Positions 19,971-31,653 of a stretch of DNA of 32,000 nucleotides are shown piece after piece. Each line of letters begins with the position of its first letter. The stretch's first letter is position 1. The notes under the pieces were generated by a model. It ran no database searches, was not told where the DNA came from, and saw nothing but the letters and a program-made list of their open reading frames with translations. Location of the stretch: assembly GCF_021057185.1 (NCBI RefSeq), contig NZ_CP054059.1, positions 1,050,001 through 1,082,000 on the forward strand, given 5' to 3'. The stretch comes from Candidatus Absconditicoccus praedator (lineage in GTDB: Bacteria > Patescibacteriota > Gracilibacteria > Absconditabacterales > Absconditicoccaceae). Both the position numbers and the translations under genes were made by a program.

Positions 19971-21335
19971 TTATTCTAGATATCCGCTTTCTTCTTCTGC
20001 TTTGTCATAAAATTTCATAACATTATCTACAAAAACAAGTTCTACATCTCAAACTGGTCAATTTCTATTTTTCCTCAAAAAAACATCTGCAAGTCACTTC
20101 CTGTCTGTATCAGGATCATAATAATCTTCTCTAAATAACATCAAAACTGCATCCGCATCTTGTTCTATAGCTCAAGACTCTCTAAGATCAGAAAGTTGAG
20201 GTTTCTTATCTGGTCTTTGTTCTACTGCACGAGAAAGTTGAGATAAAGCTAAAATAGGAACCTCAAGTTCTCTTGCTAATTCTTTAAGTCATCTAGATAT
20301 TTCTGAAATTTCTTGTACTCTATTTCCAGCAAACTTTGAAGATGCTCAGCTCATTAATTGAAGGTAATCTATTAATATCAAGTCCAGCCCTCCTTTTTCT
20401 ATTTTTAGTCTTCTTAGTTTTGATTTTAGTTCGGGAATGGTAGCTCATCATTTATCATCAAGAAAAATGTTTACCTCAGATAATTTTTCCATTGCTTCTC
20501 ATATATTTGCAAAATCTTCTTCGTGAAGATCTCATCTGTGAATTTTTCCTAAAGGTGTCTCAGATACACAAGATAGTATTCTATCAACAATTTGGTCATT
20601 TCACATTTCCAAGGAAAACATTGCAACATACTTGTTTTGCTTTATAGCAGCATTTATAAGTAGATTTATAGCAAATGATGTTTTTCACATACTTGGTCTT
20701 GCAGCCAAAATCACCAAATCACCTGGCTTAAATCCTCCCAATAAGTTATCCAAGTGAGAATAAGTTGATAAAACTTTTCATTTGTCTACCTTTGATGGAT
20801 CATCAACAATTTCCATATATTCTTCCATTCTTTGATTGAGTATATCTTTTATGTGAGCCAAAGAACTACTTGTATTTATCTGAGTCAAGTCAAATATTCT
20901 TTTTTCTATATTATCAAGTATTTGTCAAGTATCTTTTTCTTCATATACATCTCATGCTATTTTTTGGGATGTTTTTAATATATTTCTTAATATGGATTTT
21001 TCTTTAACAATCTTAGAATACTCTCATACTACAGTAGGAGTTAATACGAAACTTGATAATTCGTAAAGATAGTCAATACCTCATATATTTTCAAGATTTC
21101 AATTTTTTGAAAGTTGGTCAGAAATAGTAATAACATCAATAGTTTTATTGGACTCCCATAACTGAGAAATTGCTTCATAAATAAACTGATGTTCTTTTTG
21201 ATAAAAATCTTCAGCATTTATAAAATATGATGTTGCTGAGTACAAAGAATCATTATCAAGTATTATGCTTGATATAACTCATTTTTCGGCTTCCTGAGAG
21301 TTAGGAGGCAATTTGATGTCTTGAATATCTACCAT
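19971..21335 (-). CDS. dnaB: Replicative DNA helicase DnaB
   Basis: 454 aa. It has [18 protein letters not shown], Walker [22 protein letters not shown] (the G of MGKT is TGA, complement of 20685-20687), DYLQLM and [32 protein letters not shown]. Confidence 0.93.
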
Positions 21336-21360
21336 TAAATATTTTTACAAAAATAAAAAA

Positions 21361-21933
21361 CTAACTAATTGGAATATAAGCTAATCATAAATTATCTAAT
21401 CATTCTTTTTCGTCTAGAATTTGTTTTAATGATTTTCAGTGAATAATTGAAATTAATGCTTTGTATACTCATCAATGAGCTACCACTAGAACATTTTTAT
21501 TATTAATTTCTTTTGTATTATCTATTAAAAACGACCTTATTCTTGAGACATACTCTTCCCAAGTTTCTCAGTTTTCATTTTTAGTTCTGTAAATATAACT
21601 AAGTTGAGTTTTATTGCAATTATATTTTTCTAAAAGATCATCTACTTTTTTTCAGGAGAATTCTCAATACATTTGTTCATTTAATCTGTTATCTTTTATT
21701 ATATTTTTATTGTATCAAATTATTTCTGCAACTTTTTGAGATGTCTGAATAGCTCTTATAAGTTTTGATGAAAATATTTTATCAATATTAAGTTTTTTGA
21801 GTTTTTCTTGAAAATTAGCATCTTCAAAATCTTTTAATCATTGATTTGAAAGTTCTTGGTTTTCTTCTCATCCATTCAAAAATCAATCTAAATTGTTTCA
21901 AACTTTTCAATGTCTTAAAAAATAAAATCACAT
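21361..21933 (-). CDS. Histidine phosphatase (phosphoglycerate mutase-like) family protein
   Basis: 190 aa. It has the N-terminal catalytic motif FYFLRHGKVGNN (RHG, with G as TGA) and a later VLVVAHGGV motif. It ends at TAG (complement of 21361-21363). Confidence 0.75.
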
Positions 21934-22024
21934 AATTTACAATATAATTTTTAAAATAATTTGTATTACCAATATAGTATTATATATAATTATAAAAAAG
22001 TGAATTTCAAACTATAAATTTTAG

Positions 22025-22675
22025 TTAGTATTCTTTTATTCAAAAAAGCTTTTCAAAAATATATTTTTGTAATATTATCAATGGATCAAAAACTCGTTTT
22101 TTAAAGAATCAATAAATTTTTGGTCTTATTAAAATCAAAGGACATAAAATTCATAAAAAGAAACCAGCTATTATATCAGTAGGTCGATGTATTCATCACA
22201 TCACCCTAGATATTCACATAATAAAAGAGAAAATAAATAAAACAAAAGAGAAAGCCAATAAAAATCTATTTTTATTTTGTAATCCCCATAGCATAGAAGA
22301 GGTTGCAATAGCCATGCTTAGAGTCATATGATCTGATGGAATACTTACATCTGGTAGGTGTTCTAATACTAGGTTTTTTTGGGATTCTATATGATCTTCA
22401 GGTCTATCTTTAATAATTAGAAACTGAAAAGCTTGACTTACTATCATACTGGTAACTCAAGAAAAAAATATATATAATGAAGCATATTTATAATTTACAT
22501 TTTTATTGTAAACTCCATACAAATACAAATATACTAAATATATTGGATAAACAAACACAAAAATATCTGCTGTTATAGGAATGTACTTAGATAAAAAATA
22601 GTTTTTATCTGCAAAATCATTTAAGTTTTCAAGAAGTAATTTTCACCATTCAGGTTCTTTTAGTTTTAAGAACAT
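22025..22675 (-). CDS. PAP2-family phosphatase (BcrC-like undecaprenyl-diphosphatase candidate)
   Basis: 216 aa. All three PAP2 motifs are present: KDRPEDH, PSDH and SRVMGGIHRPTD. It has multiple TM segments. Confidence 0.8.
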
Positions 22676-22871
22676 ATTATGAATTTTATAAATAAAACAA
22701 ACAAATATATAATTTTTTATATAAAAAATTCAACCTATAAAATAGTTTATTGTTTTATTTATTTAAGTAGTATATGTTTTGGATAAATTCAAAATTGTAA
22801 AATAACATAAATTTGAAATTACAATATTTATTTTTAGCTATTATTATAAGGTTTACTTATTGTTTATTTAA

Positions 22872-23486
22872 TTATCTATATTTTTCAAAATATTGTTCAA
22901 CTTTTTTCCAGTCTATTACATTCCAAAAGTTTTTAAGATATTCAGGTCTTTTATTTTGATATTGTAGATAGTATGCATGTTCCCATACATCTATTCATAA
23001 GATAGGTTTTCATCTATCTTCTTCATTAATTATATTCATCATAGGATTATCTTGGTTTGGGGTCTTTGTAATTTTTAGCTTTCAGTTGTTGTCAATAATA
23101 AGCCATGCCCATCATGATCCAAACTGTGTGATTCATGCATTTTCTAATTCTTCTTGTAGTTTTTCAAAACTTCAAAATGTGTTTTCTATCTCATATAGTA
23201 GATTACCTTCTGGCTTTCATCATCAGCTTGGTGACATTATATCCCAATAAAGATTGTGATTGAATGTTCAACCTCAATTATTTCTTACAGCAATAGGTAA
23301 TTTATCTATATTTTCAAACATCTCCTCCAAAGATTTTGATTCTAACTGTGTTCATTCAATACTAGTATTTAATTTATCGATATATGTTTGATGATGTTTA
23401 CTATGATGAATTTCCATGGTTTTACTATCTATATATGGTTCTAGTGCATCATATGAATAATTTAGTATTGGTAGTTTGTAGTTCAT
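22872..23486 (-). CDS. sodA: Fe/Mn superoxide dismutase
   Basis: 204 aa. Motifs are [13 protein letters not shown]-type start ([25 protein letters not shown]), FNHNLYW, GSGWAWL and [18 protein letters not shown]. Metal specificity cannot be decided by eye. Confidence 0.92.
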
Positions 23487-23714
23487 TTTTTGGGGTTAGT
23501 ATTTAAATTTATATAAATTTTATTATTATTTGTTTACTTGTGAACAACAAAAATTAGGTATTATACAATTATTTTCCAAAAGTTAAAAAAATTTCTTGTT
23601 TTAAAAAGATAGTTGTTTAAAATAGAAAAGTTTTTAAATATGTTTTTTAAAGAAATGTTTTTATAATAAAAGCTATATTAATTTTTTTTATAAAATAAAT
23701 CAAAAATTATAATT

Positions 23715-24470
23715 ATGCGAAAAAAGATAGGGTATTTTTTGGTTCATGTCTTAAATATTACGATAATTGTAACAACTTTCATTCTTGCTTTTATCACAAT
23801 ATTTTATCCAGAAGTAATTAAAAATATAATAGAATGGATAGAAGAAGTAGTTAAATGACTTTGAAACTGGAATTATTTGATAGCATTTTTGAGTGCAGCT
23901 ATAGAAAGTTTTCCTTTGGTTTGAATGTTGTTGCCTTGACAGACCGTGTTACTTACAGTTTGAGGTTTTTTTGGTCAGGAATTTTTAATAAATGTAATGG
24001 TAGTAGCAGCGTTATGAGCTGTATTGGGTAATTATACCTGATATATTCTTGGTTATTATGTAGGTGATGCATTTTTTAAAAGGTATTGAGAATGGTTTTG
24101 AATTTGAGAAACAGAGCTTGATTATATAAAATCTTGAATACATAAATATTGACCAATAGCAGTTATTCTTAGTAAATTTCACCCTATGACAAGAGCTTTT
24201 ATTCCATTTATAGCTTGAAGTATGTGAATGAAGCAATTCTCTTTTATGATATATAATTTTATAGGTTCTATTTTGTGGGCTGTTACAGTGGTTGTATTAT
24301 GAGTTTTATTTGTTTCTTATTATGAAGTGATAATTGATTCATTTCCTTTGATTGTTCTTGTATTGTTAATATGATGAGCATTTTATATATACTTTTTTAA
24401 GAAAGAAAAATTTCAAGAGTATATGAAGAAAAAACAAGAAGAAATAGAAAGAAAGTATTGAAATAAATAA
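23715..24470 (+). CDS. DedA-family (SNARE-associated/VTT domain) membrane protein
   Basis: 251 aa. Motifs are LIAFLSAAIESFPLVGMLLPGQTVLLTVGGF, NYTGYILGYYVG, FHPMTRAFIPFIAGSMGM. Confidence 0.8.
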
Positions 24471-24548
24471 TATTGCCTAACTTTTGTGTTTTATTATTAG
24501 ATTTGATTTACTATTATCTCATTGTGATTTATATTATAAAATAAAAAA

Positions 24549-25196
24549 ATGGATAAAGAAATGATGAAAGAAGAATTATTATCAGAAGCTACAAGTAATT
24601 ATCCTATGGTAAAAATTGAACATGAAATATTAGATTTTGACTTGGAAATGTATGATCCTACAAGTGATGATGTAATTAACAAAAAAATTAGTGATTATAA
24701 ATGAAAATGGTTGGTTATAATGTTTTATCCTGCTGATTTTACTTTTGTTTGTCCTACTGAATTAAAAGATTTAAATAAGTCAATAGAAGAAATTTATAAG
24801 TTATGAGATGTTGAAGTTTTGGCTGCTAGTACTGATACAGTTTTTTCTCACAAATGATGGGTAGAAAATGAAAAACTTTTGAATGACCTAAAATATCCTA
24901 TGATATCTGATAGAAGATGAATTCTAAGTAGATATTTTTGAATTCTGAATGAAGAGACTTGAAATTCAGAAAGATGAACATTTATTATAGATCCAAATTG
25001 AGTATTGAAGTCTATTGAGATAGTAACTGAGCCAATATGAAGAAGTTCAAAAGACTTGATAAGAAAACTTAAGGCTTTAAAGTTTGTTAATGAAAATCCT
25101 TGAAGTGCTTGTCCTGCAAACTGGAATGATGATATGCCTGTATTGAATCCTTCTGTAAAAATAGCGGGTCATATCTGAGAAAATTATTCTTGATAA
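24549..25196 (+). CDS. ahpC: Typical 2-Cys peroxiredoxin (AhpC/TsaA type)
   Basis: 215 aa. The peroxidatic site is [13 protein letters not shown], the resolving Cys sits in GSACPANW, and TFIIDPNG is present. It ends TGA-TAA, with the real stop TAA at 25194-25196. Confidence 0.9.
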
Positions 25197-25201
25197 TCTA
25201 T

Positions 25202-25233
25202 AAAAACCTGAAATACTACTTTCAGGTTTTTTT
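25202..25233 (+). terminator. Rho-independent terminator after the peroxiredoxin gene
   Basis: A perfect 12-bp stem AAAAACCTGAAA (25202-25213) / TTTCAGGTTTTT (25220-25231) with a 6-nt loop TACTAC, running into a T tract. Confidence 0.7.
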
Positions 25234-25234
25234 A

Positions 25235-25262
25235 TTGAAAGTTATGTAAAATTATTTATAAT
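25235..25262 (+). promoter_or_regulatory. Sigma70-type promoter candidate for the transglutaminase-like gene
   Basis: TTGAAA (25235-25240), a 16-nt spacer, then TATAAT (25257-25262), 30 nt upstream of ATG 25293. Confidence 0.5.
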
Positions 25263-25292
25263 AAACAATATTTAAACAAAACAAAAATTAAT

Positions 25293-26819
25293 ATGAAAAA
25301 AATCTTATCTTTTTTTCTTTTTATGAGCTTGATCAGTTGATACACTTATGCTCAAGATTTTTTTGACTATATAAAAACCAATTATGAGTATATACAATTG
25401 CAAGATCAAATTTTTTCAAATGAGCCTTATGTATCCAATAAAGATAATACTTACTATTTTTTGTGAAGTGTTTCATTGTATGAAATTTCAGACTTTCAAA
25501 GTTATTATAATATAAATAGGTTTTTAGGTTTTGATAGTAATACTTTTTTTGTGAAAATTGAAAATGAAGATAAATTTTATGTTTTACAAAAAAAAGAAAA
25601 TATTGCCGACTCTTGAAATTGTGAAAATTTAGATAATATTCCTAATGAATTTCTGTCAAATCATACTGATTTAATTAAGATAGATAATGACAACACTGTT
25701 CTTCTTTGAAAAAATAAAACTGATAAGACTTGTTTTTCAAAAGATTGAGTTGTTTTTCTTCCCAAAAATGATTTTGTGGATTATGATATACAATATTTTA
25801 GAGAAAATTATTCTCAAATTAATGATGTTATAGATAAAATAAACTCCAAAATTAGCCCAGACAATCAAAATGATGATACGATAAAGCTAATTTATGATTA
25901 TATAATAGAAAATACCTCATACAATTATGATGTAGTAGAAGACTTAAATAATCTTCCAAATGATATGTATCCTTGGAGAATATGATGATTTTTTGATTGA
26001 TTAAATGTTGTCTGTGATTGATATGTAAAAGTATTTGTTTTTCTTGCAGGAATTATGTGATTAGAGGCTGAAAGAGTGGTAGGTGAAGTACAGCCAATTG
26101 TTAAAAATGAATTAGACTTGGAGGAGTACTTACATTCTTGGATAAAAATTGAAGATAAATATTATGATCCTACTTTTGATGATACAGAAAACCCAAACTG
26201 ATACAATTATTTTTGAAAATCTAAAAAATGTTTTAATATAAATCATTATAAGGATTGATGGATTAATTTTAGTAATTATGATGAAAGATTTGAATATCTA
26301 AAAAATAATGCTGATTATATAATATCAAACTGTCCTTGAATTTTAGTCTCTGCTTTAGTTAATGACTGAAACCTAAATAAATTTCTTACTTATGTAGTAA
26401 AAGAAAAATCATCAAATAAAATAGAAAAAATTTTTTGTTATATGTGAGTTTGTGATATCCAGTTTGATAATTTAGAATCAAAAAAATGAAAACAAATTTC
26501 TTATACAATCTGATCAGAAAAAGAGGTAGTGGAAGTTTATCAGATTTTAAAAAATTTTGAAATGGATAATGAGGAAGATGTAGAAAATCAGGAAACTTTA
26601 GAGGAATCAAAGAAGCTGTCATCTGATGAGAAAAGAAGGGTAGAGTTAGTTTATGAAAAGATAGATGAAGAACTATTGAGTTCAAATACTATTCTAAGAG
26701 AAAGGCAAATAAATAATATTACAAATCAGTTAGATGATATTATAGAAAGAGATGATATATGAGATAAACCTAAAAGAAGAATTAAATATCTGAAAGACTT
26801 ATTTTTAGTTGAAAAATAA
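25293..26819 (+). CDS. Secreted transglutaminase-like cysteine protease domain protein with an acidic coiled-coil C-terminus
   Basis: 508 aa. It has a signal peptide MKKILSFFLFMSLISGYTYA. The transglutaminase-core Cys-His-Asp arrangement reads VVCDGYVKVFVFLAGIMGLEAERVVG...HSWIKIEDKYYDPTFDD. The tail is rich in E/D/K. Confidence 0.7.
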
Positions 26820-26877
26820 CTTAAAATATTTATCATAAATTCTAATTTGTGTATGATTTATTTTGTATAATAAATTA

Positions 26878-27687
26878 ATGAGTGAACAAGAGGAAATTAA
26901 AAAAAATAAAGCAGAGTTTTTGCTTAGCACTGATAGTTTGTCGTGATATTGACTAGACTTGATATTTGAAACTGCTAGAAACATAAATTTTGACTGAATA
27001 GATCTTGCAATGTGGAAGAGTTTTGATAGTTGGAGCTCAAAATATGTTAAAAAACTTTCTGAAAAGTATGAAATGCCAGTAAAGGTGATTCAGATTTCAT
27101 CAAACACAAATTCAAAAGAAATGAATAAAGCTGTAGATATGGCTAAAGAGCTTTGAGTTGAAAACATAACAATAAATCCTCCTCGTTTTACAAATTGGAA
27201 ATCATATAGGTTTATTAGCAATAATATTTCTTCATATAAAAGACAAAACCCAAACATAAAATTTTCTATAATAAATCCTCCCAAAAGTAGTCTTTTTATG
27301 TTGCCTATACCAGAGTATCATTTTAATAATATCGTTGATATAATTAAGAAATATAAAGTGTATTTGTGATTTGATGTGGCAAATATAGATGAACAGGCTT
27401 TGGAGATTAATTTTTTAAGAAAAATTTCTGGCTTTGTTCCTCATATATGAGTAGTTTATTTATCAGACAAAACTAAAACTTGAGTATGACATGTGCCATT
27501 GTGAGATTGATCTTTGAAACTTCCTACAATACTTAAAAAGTTTAAACAACATGAATATTATTGAAATTTTAGTTTGAAATTAGAAATTGATAAAAAAGAT
27601 TTGGCAGATATAGAAAAAGTTGAGCAAATTCTTAAAAAATGTAAACTTTATTATAAAGAAAATTTTGAAGAGTTAGTTATTTCTTAA
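26878..27687 (+). CDS. Xylose-isomerase-like TIM-barrel (sugar phosphate isomerase/epimerase family) protein
   Basis: 269 aa from ATG 26878 to TAA 27685-27687. FDGIDLAMW...AVDMAKELGVENITINPP and the later VYLSD...HVPLGDG resemble the AP_endonuc_2 family pattern. The match is judged by eye only. Confidence 0.55.
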
Positions 27688-27707
27688 AATTTATATGAGT
27701 AAATTTG

Positions 27708-28439
27708 ATGATGAATTATCCAAAGCATGTTTGATTAATCCCTGATTGAAATAGGACTTGGGCGAAAACTCAAAATATACCAAAATTTTGGTGACATCTT
27801 GAGTGATTTAATAGATGTATTGAACTTTGTAATCATATCTTTACTAATACTGATATAAAAGTATTTAGTATATGGGGACTTAGTACAGAAAATCGAAAAT
27901 GAAGAACAAATGAAGAGTTGGATTACCTTTTTGGTTTGTATAAAAAAGTACCTATTAATTTGGAAAAGTTTTTAAAAGAAAAAAAAGTCAACTTTAGATT
28001 TGTATGAAACTTGGATGGTATACCAAAAGATTTGGCAGACTTTTTAAAGGATAAACAAAAAGAATTAACTTTTGATACTGATAAATATCTTGTGTTGGCT
28101 ATAAATTATTGATGAAGAGATGAGGTTGTTAGAGGTATTAAAAATATGGCTTCCAATATGATACAACAATGAAAATACAATTTGAATGATATTCAAGACG
28201 ATATTACTGAAGAAAATTTATCAAAACATCTTGATTTTTGAGACTTGCCGAATATAGAATTAGTTATCAGAACAAAATGAAATTTAGCAAAAAGACTTTC
28301 AGGATTTATGCTGTGGTGGGTGTGATATGCAGAATTGTATTTTTCAGAAAAAAAATGTCCAGAATTTAATTCTAAAGATTTGGATGAAGCTTTGTCTTGG
28401 TTCAATAATGTTTATAAAGAGAGAAACTTTTGAAAATAA
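27708..28439 (+). CDS. uppS: Isoprenyl transferase / undecaprenyl-diphosphate synthase
   Basis: 243 aa. Motifs are HVGLIPDGNRTWAK, STENRKGRTNEEL, INYGGRDEVV, ELVIRTKGNLAKRLSGFMLWWVGYAELYF and ERNFG. ATG 27695 in another frame is a decoy that stops after 20 codons. Confidence 0.88.
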
Positions 28440-28461
28440 TTTATAAATTTACTAAAAAATA

Positions 28462-29607
28462 ATGATAGCAACTATACCTACATCAAAATTACAAGAAATA
28501 TTGGATAATTGTACAAGATTTGTTTCAAAAAGCTCTACACTGCCTGTGCTAGAAAATATATATATAAAGGCTGAATCCGATAAAGTTGTTTTTAAGTCAA
28601 CTGATATGGAAAAATATATACAATTTGAAATAAATACTCAAGTGGAAGCTCAGTGATGACTTACTGTAAATGCAAAAGTTTTTTCTGATATTATTAGAAG
28701 TTTGGATGATGATGAGGTTAAACTAGAAATAGATGAAAATACTGATATGTTAACAATAAACACAACAAGTGATGTTTTTAAAGTAAAATGAATTTCTATA
28801 TCTGAATATGTAGCTGCACCTTCTGTTTCCTCTGATGTAGCTGCTTCTATCAAGCCATCTGAGCTGTCAAAATGAATTGATAAAGTTGCTTATGCTGTTA
28901 CTGAAAGAAATTTTTCACCTGTATTGACTGGAGTGTTGCTTAAAATGAAACAAGAATCAGATTGAAATAAGTTAGTTTTTGTTTGAACAGATTCATTAAG
29001 GTTGGCAGAATACAAAATTCCTTATGAGGGAGAGTTTTGTGAGATGGAGCTTGTAATACCTAAAATAAATATCATAGATATAAAAAAAATGATAGATTAT
29101 GTAGAAGAAAAATGATGAACAAAAATTGATGTGTCATTTTCAGAAAATATGGTTAGCTTTGTAGCAGATTTAGAAGACTCAAAAATATATACAACTTCTG
29201 TATTAATTCAATGAAACTTTCCAAATTATGATAATGAAAGCATAATCCCTAGACAGTATAATACAGAAATAAATACTGATAAAATGCAACTAGAAAAATC
29301 TATTAAAAAAGTTTCAATTCTTACTAAAGATGTGAATAATTTTGTAAATATAAGTAACTTGGATGAGAAAAAAATAGTTGTGAGATCTTGAGAAACTGAT
29401 AAGTGAGAAGCAGATACCAATATTAATGCTAGCATAGACTGAAGTGACTTTAAGATTGGTATAAATTGAAAATATATTTCTGATTTTATAAAAGTAATTG
29501 AATCTGATAATATTTTGATTAATATTGTAGATAATGAAAAACCAGTAGTATTTAAGGATGAGTTGGATGAAAATCTTGTGTATGTGATTAGACCTTTGGT
29601 GGATTAA
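28462..29607 (+). CDS. dnaN: DNA polymerase III beta sliding clamp
   Basis: 381 aa. Motifs are LQEILDNCTRFVSKSSTLPVLENIYIKAE, FKSTDME, ERNFSPVLTGVLLK, GTDSLRLAEYK and the C-terminal VIRPL. Confidence 0.9.
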
Positions 29608-29627
29608 TTTTAAATAAAATAAAAAAA

Positions 29628-30317
29628 ATGAAGAATTCTTTTACATTATTTGAAATAATTGTAGTTGTTATTATATTATGATTACTTTTAGCAGCATTAA
29701 GTAATTTTTTTCAAATGAATGAAAGAGATTATATAAGAGCAAGATGATGTGTAGATCATACATACTGACAGATAAAAAACTTTATTGATATGGCTTCTAC
29801 CTGAAAATGACTTTATGATGAATCAGTAGGAGAGGTTGTGTATCCAGATGAATATGAGTTAGTTTTTAATGAGGATGACAATTATATAAGTTTTAGGTAT
29901 ATTAAAGATTGAACTTCTAGTGATTATAAAAAAATTGAGCTTGAGTGATCTGATTGAACATGAGAAAATTATTGTTATGATAATTCAAGAGAATATTATG
30001 TAAGTATATGAGAGTATGATTGAGCTAGTGATGATGAAGGCCTTATAGAAGAAATCAACTTATCAACGTTGTTTCAGTGAGATATAAATACACCGCCTGT
30101 TAAAATAAATAATGATGAACAAAAATCTTATTGATATATATCTTTTTATTTTTCTCCTGCAGATGTTGAGGATAGAAGAATAATAAGCAAAATTATTTTT
30201 GATAGGAGAGTTAATCAAGTAAGACATAATAAATGTACACAACGGTGAGAAAATTATTCTACTTGTCAAAGATGGGCTCAAACATTCAATGAAATGGATT
30301 GAATTTTCAATTATTAG
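29628..30317 (+). CDS. Type IV pilin-like / pseudopilin protein (prepilin-type N-terminal motif)
   Basis: 229 aa. MKNS-FTLFEIIVVVIILGLLLAAL is a class III signal with Glu at +5. The C-terminal Cys pair KCTQRGENYSTC resembles a pilin D-region disulfide loop. It ends at TAG 30315-30317. Confidence 0.75.
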
Positions 30318-30357
30318 TAATGATAACCAAAAGTAATCACATTAGAAAAATTACTAT

Positions 30358-30385
30358 TTGACTTTGTTTTTGATTTTGTTATAAA
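30358..30385 (+). promoter_or_regulatory. Sigma70-type promoter candidate for ftsA-ftsZ
   Basis: TTGACT (30358-30363), a 16-nt spacer, then TATAAA (30380-30385), 42 nt upstream of ATG 30428. Confidence 0.45.
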
Positions 30386-30427
30386 GAGTTTATTGAAAAA
30401 ATTTATTTGAATTAAATGTTTTTTTAA

Positions 30428-31609
30428 ATGCAGGATTTAAAGTTGGTTTTAGATTTATGAAACTGATATATAAAAGGTATCATATTTGCAAAAGAGTGAG
30501 ATAGTACAGTGGTTATATCTAAAGATACAGTTAAAACTAAGTGAATGAGAAAATGAAAAATATTGGATGTTGATGATTTTGTGTATTCAATTAGAGCTTT
30601 GTTTGAAAGTTTTGAAAAAAAACTTTGAGGTGACTTTATAGATGAAATATATGTGGGGTTGTCTCATCCAGATATGAAAATCAAAAGAATTTCAGAACAA
30701 AAAAGAGTAATGAATGAGTCAATACAACAAGATGATATGGATCATCTTACAAATCTAATTTCAGAAACTTCCGGTGAACAAAATTATGAAACCATCAAAA
30801 TCATTCCTGTACAGTGGATTATAGATGAACAAATGAGGCTAAAAGACCCTACATGAATGCAGTGAAAAAAGCTTGAAATTACTGCAGATGTTTTTTCTAT
30901 ACCAAAGAATTTTTATAATACATTAGTAGAAGTTTTTGAAAAACTTGAAATAGATGTAGTGGATATTGTTCCAAACTTACTTGGTGCATCGGAATCAGCT
31001 ATAGATTTTGATGATAAGGATCTTTGAACATTGTTGATAGATATATGAAATAATCAAACTTCTTTTGTGGTTTATGAGGAGTGATTTCCTATAACTTATT
31101 GAGTTGTACCTATTTGATGAGAGGAAGTAACCAAAGATATTTCAATTTGACTTCAGGTAGATATAAAAGATGCAGAAAAAATAAAAAAAGAAAAATGAAC
31201 TGCATTATTGGAGGATCAGTCTCAAGAAGACGAATCAATTGATGTGGCATTTTTGTCTGATGTTATTACCGCAAGGTATGAAGAAATTTTTGAACATATA
31301 AATGAGTATCTTGTACAGCTAGGGAAAGATAGTAGGCTTCCATGATGAGTAGTACTAGTAGGATGATGAGCAAAGATGAATAATGTTGAAAAGCTATCAA
31401 AAGAATATTTTAAGCTTGTTACCTTTTTTGGAAAGGATAAAGTTTATAATATATCTGATGTATCAACCAAATTGCAGTATATAAATACAATATGAGTAAA
31501 TGCATGGGTTGACAAGTATTGAGTATGAAGTGGATGATTTAGTATGTCTATGTGAGTTTGATTATGATGGGTGAAAAAAGTAATAAAATATATTAAAGAT
31601 ATGTTCTAA
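30428..31609 (+). CDS. ftsA: Cell division protein FtsA
   Basis: 393 aa. Actin-fold motifs are LVLDLGNGYIKGIIF, LLIDIGNNQTSFVVY and GGVVLVGGGAKM. The C-terminal amphipathic helix is WVKKVIKYIKDMF. Confidence 0.9.
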
Positions 31610-31653
31610 AATTAATCTTATTTTGAAAATTTATATACTAAAATAATAAGAAA

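Noticed and set aside
22676-22871. Possible small ORF or ncRNA in the 196-nt gap between the PAP2 and sod genes (a ~35-codon ORF starts near 22679)
   Set aside because: The ORF is low-complexity. There is no start signal, stable hairpin or conserved-looking structure. The gap most likely holds only the PAP2 promoter and the sod terminator region.
26864-26880. Leaderless mRNA for the TIM-barrel gene (TGTATAAT ending 6 nt before ATG 26878)
   Set aside because: There is no acceptable -35 element at the right spacing, and TATAAT-like hexamers arise by chance in DNA this AT-rich. The evidence is too weak to report as a feature.
27695-27757. ATG 27695 as the uppS start
   Set aside because: That frame ends at TAG after 20 codons. 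The conserved HVGLIPDGNRTWAK motif is in the frame that starts at ATG 27708.
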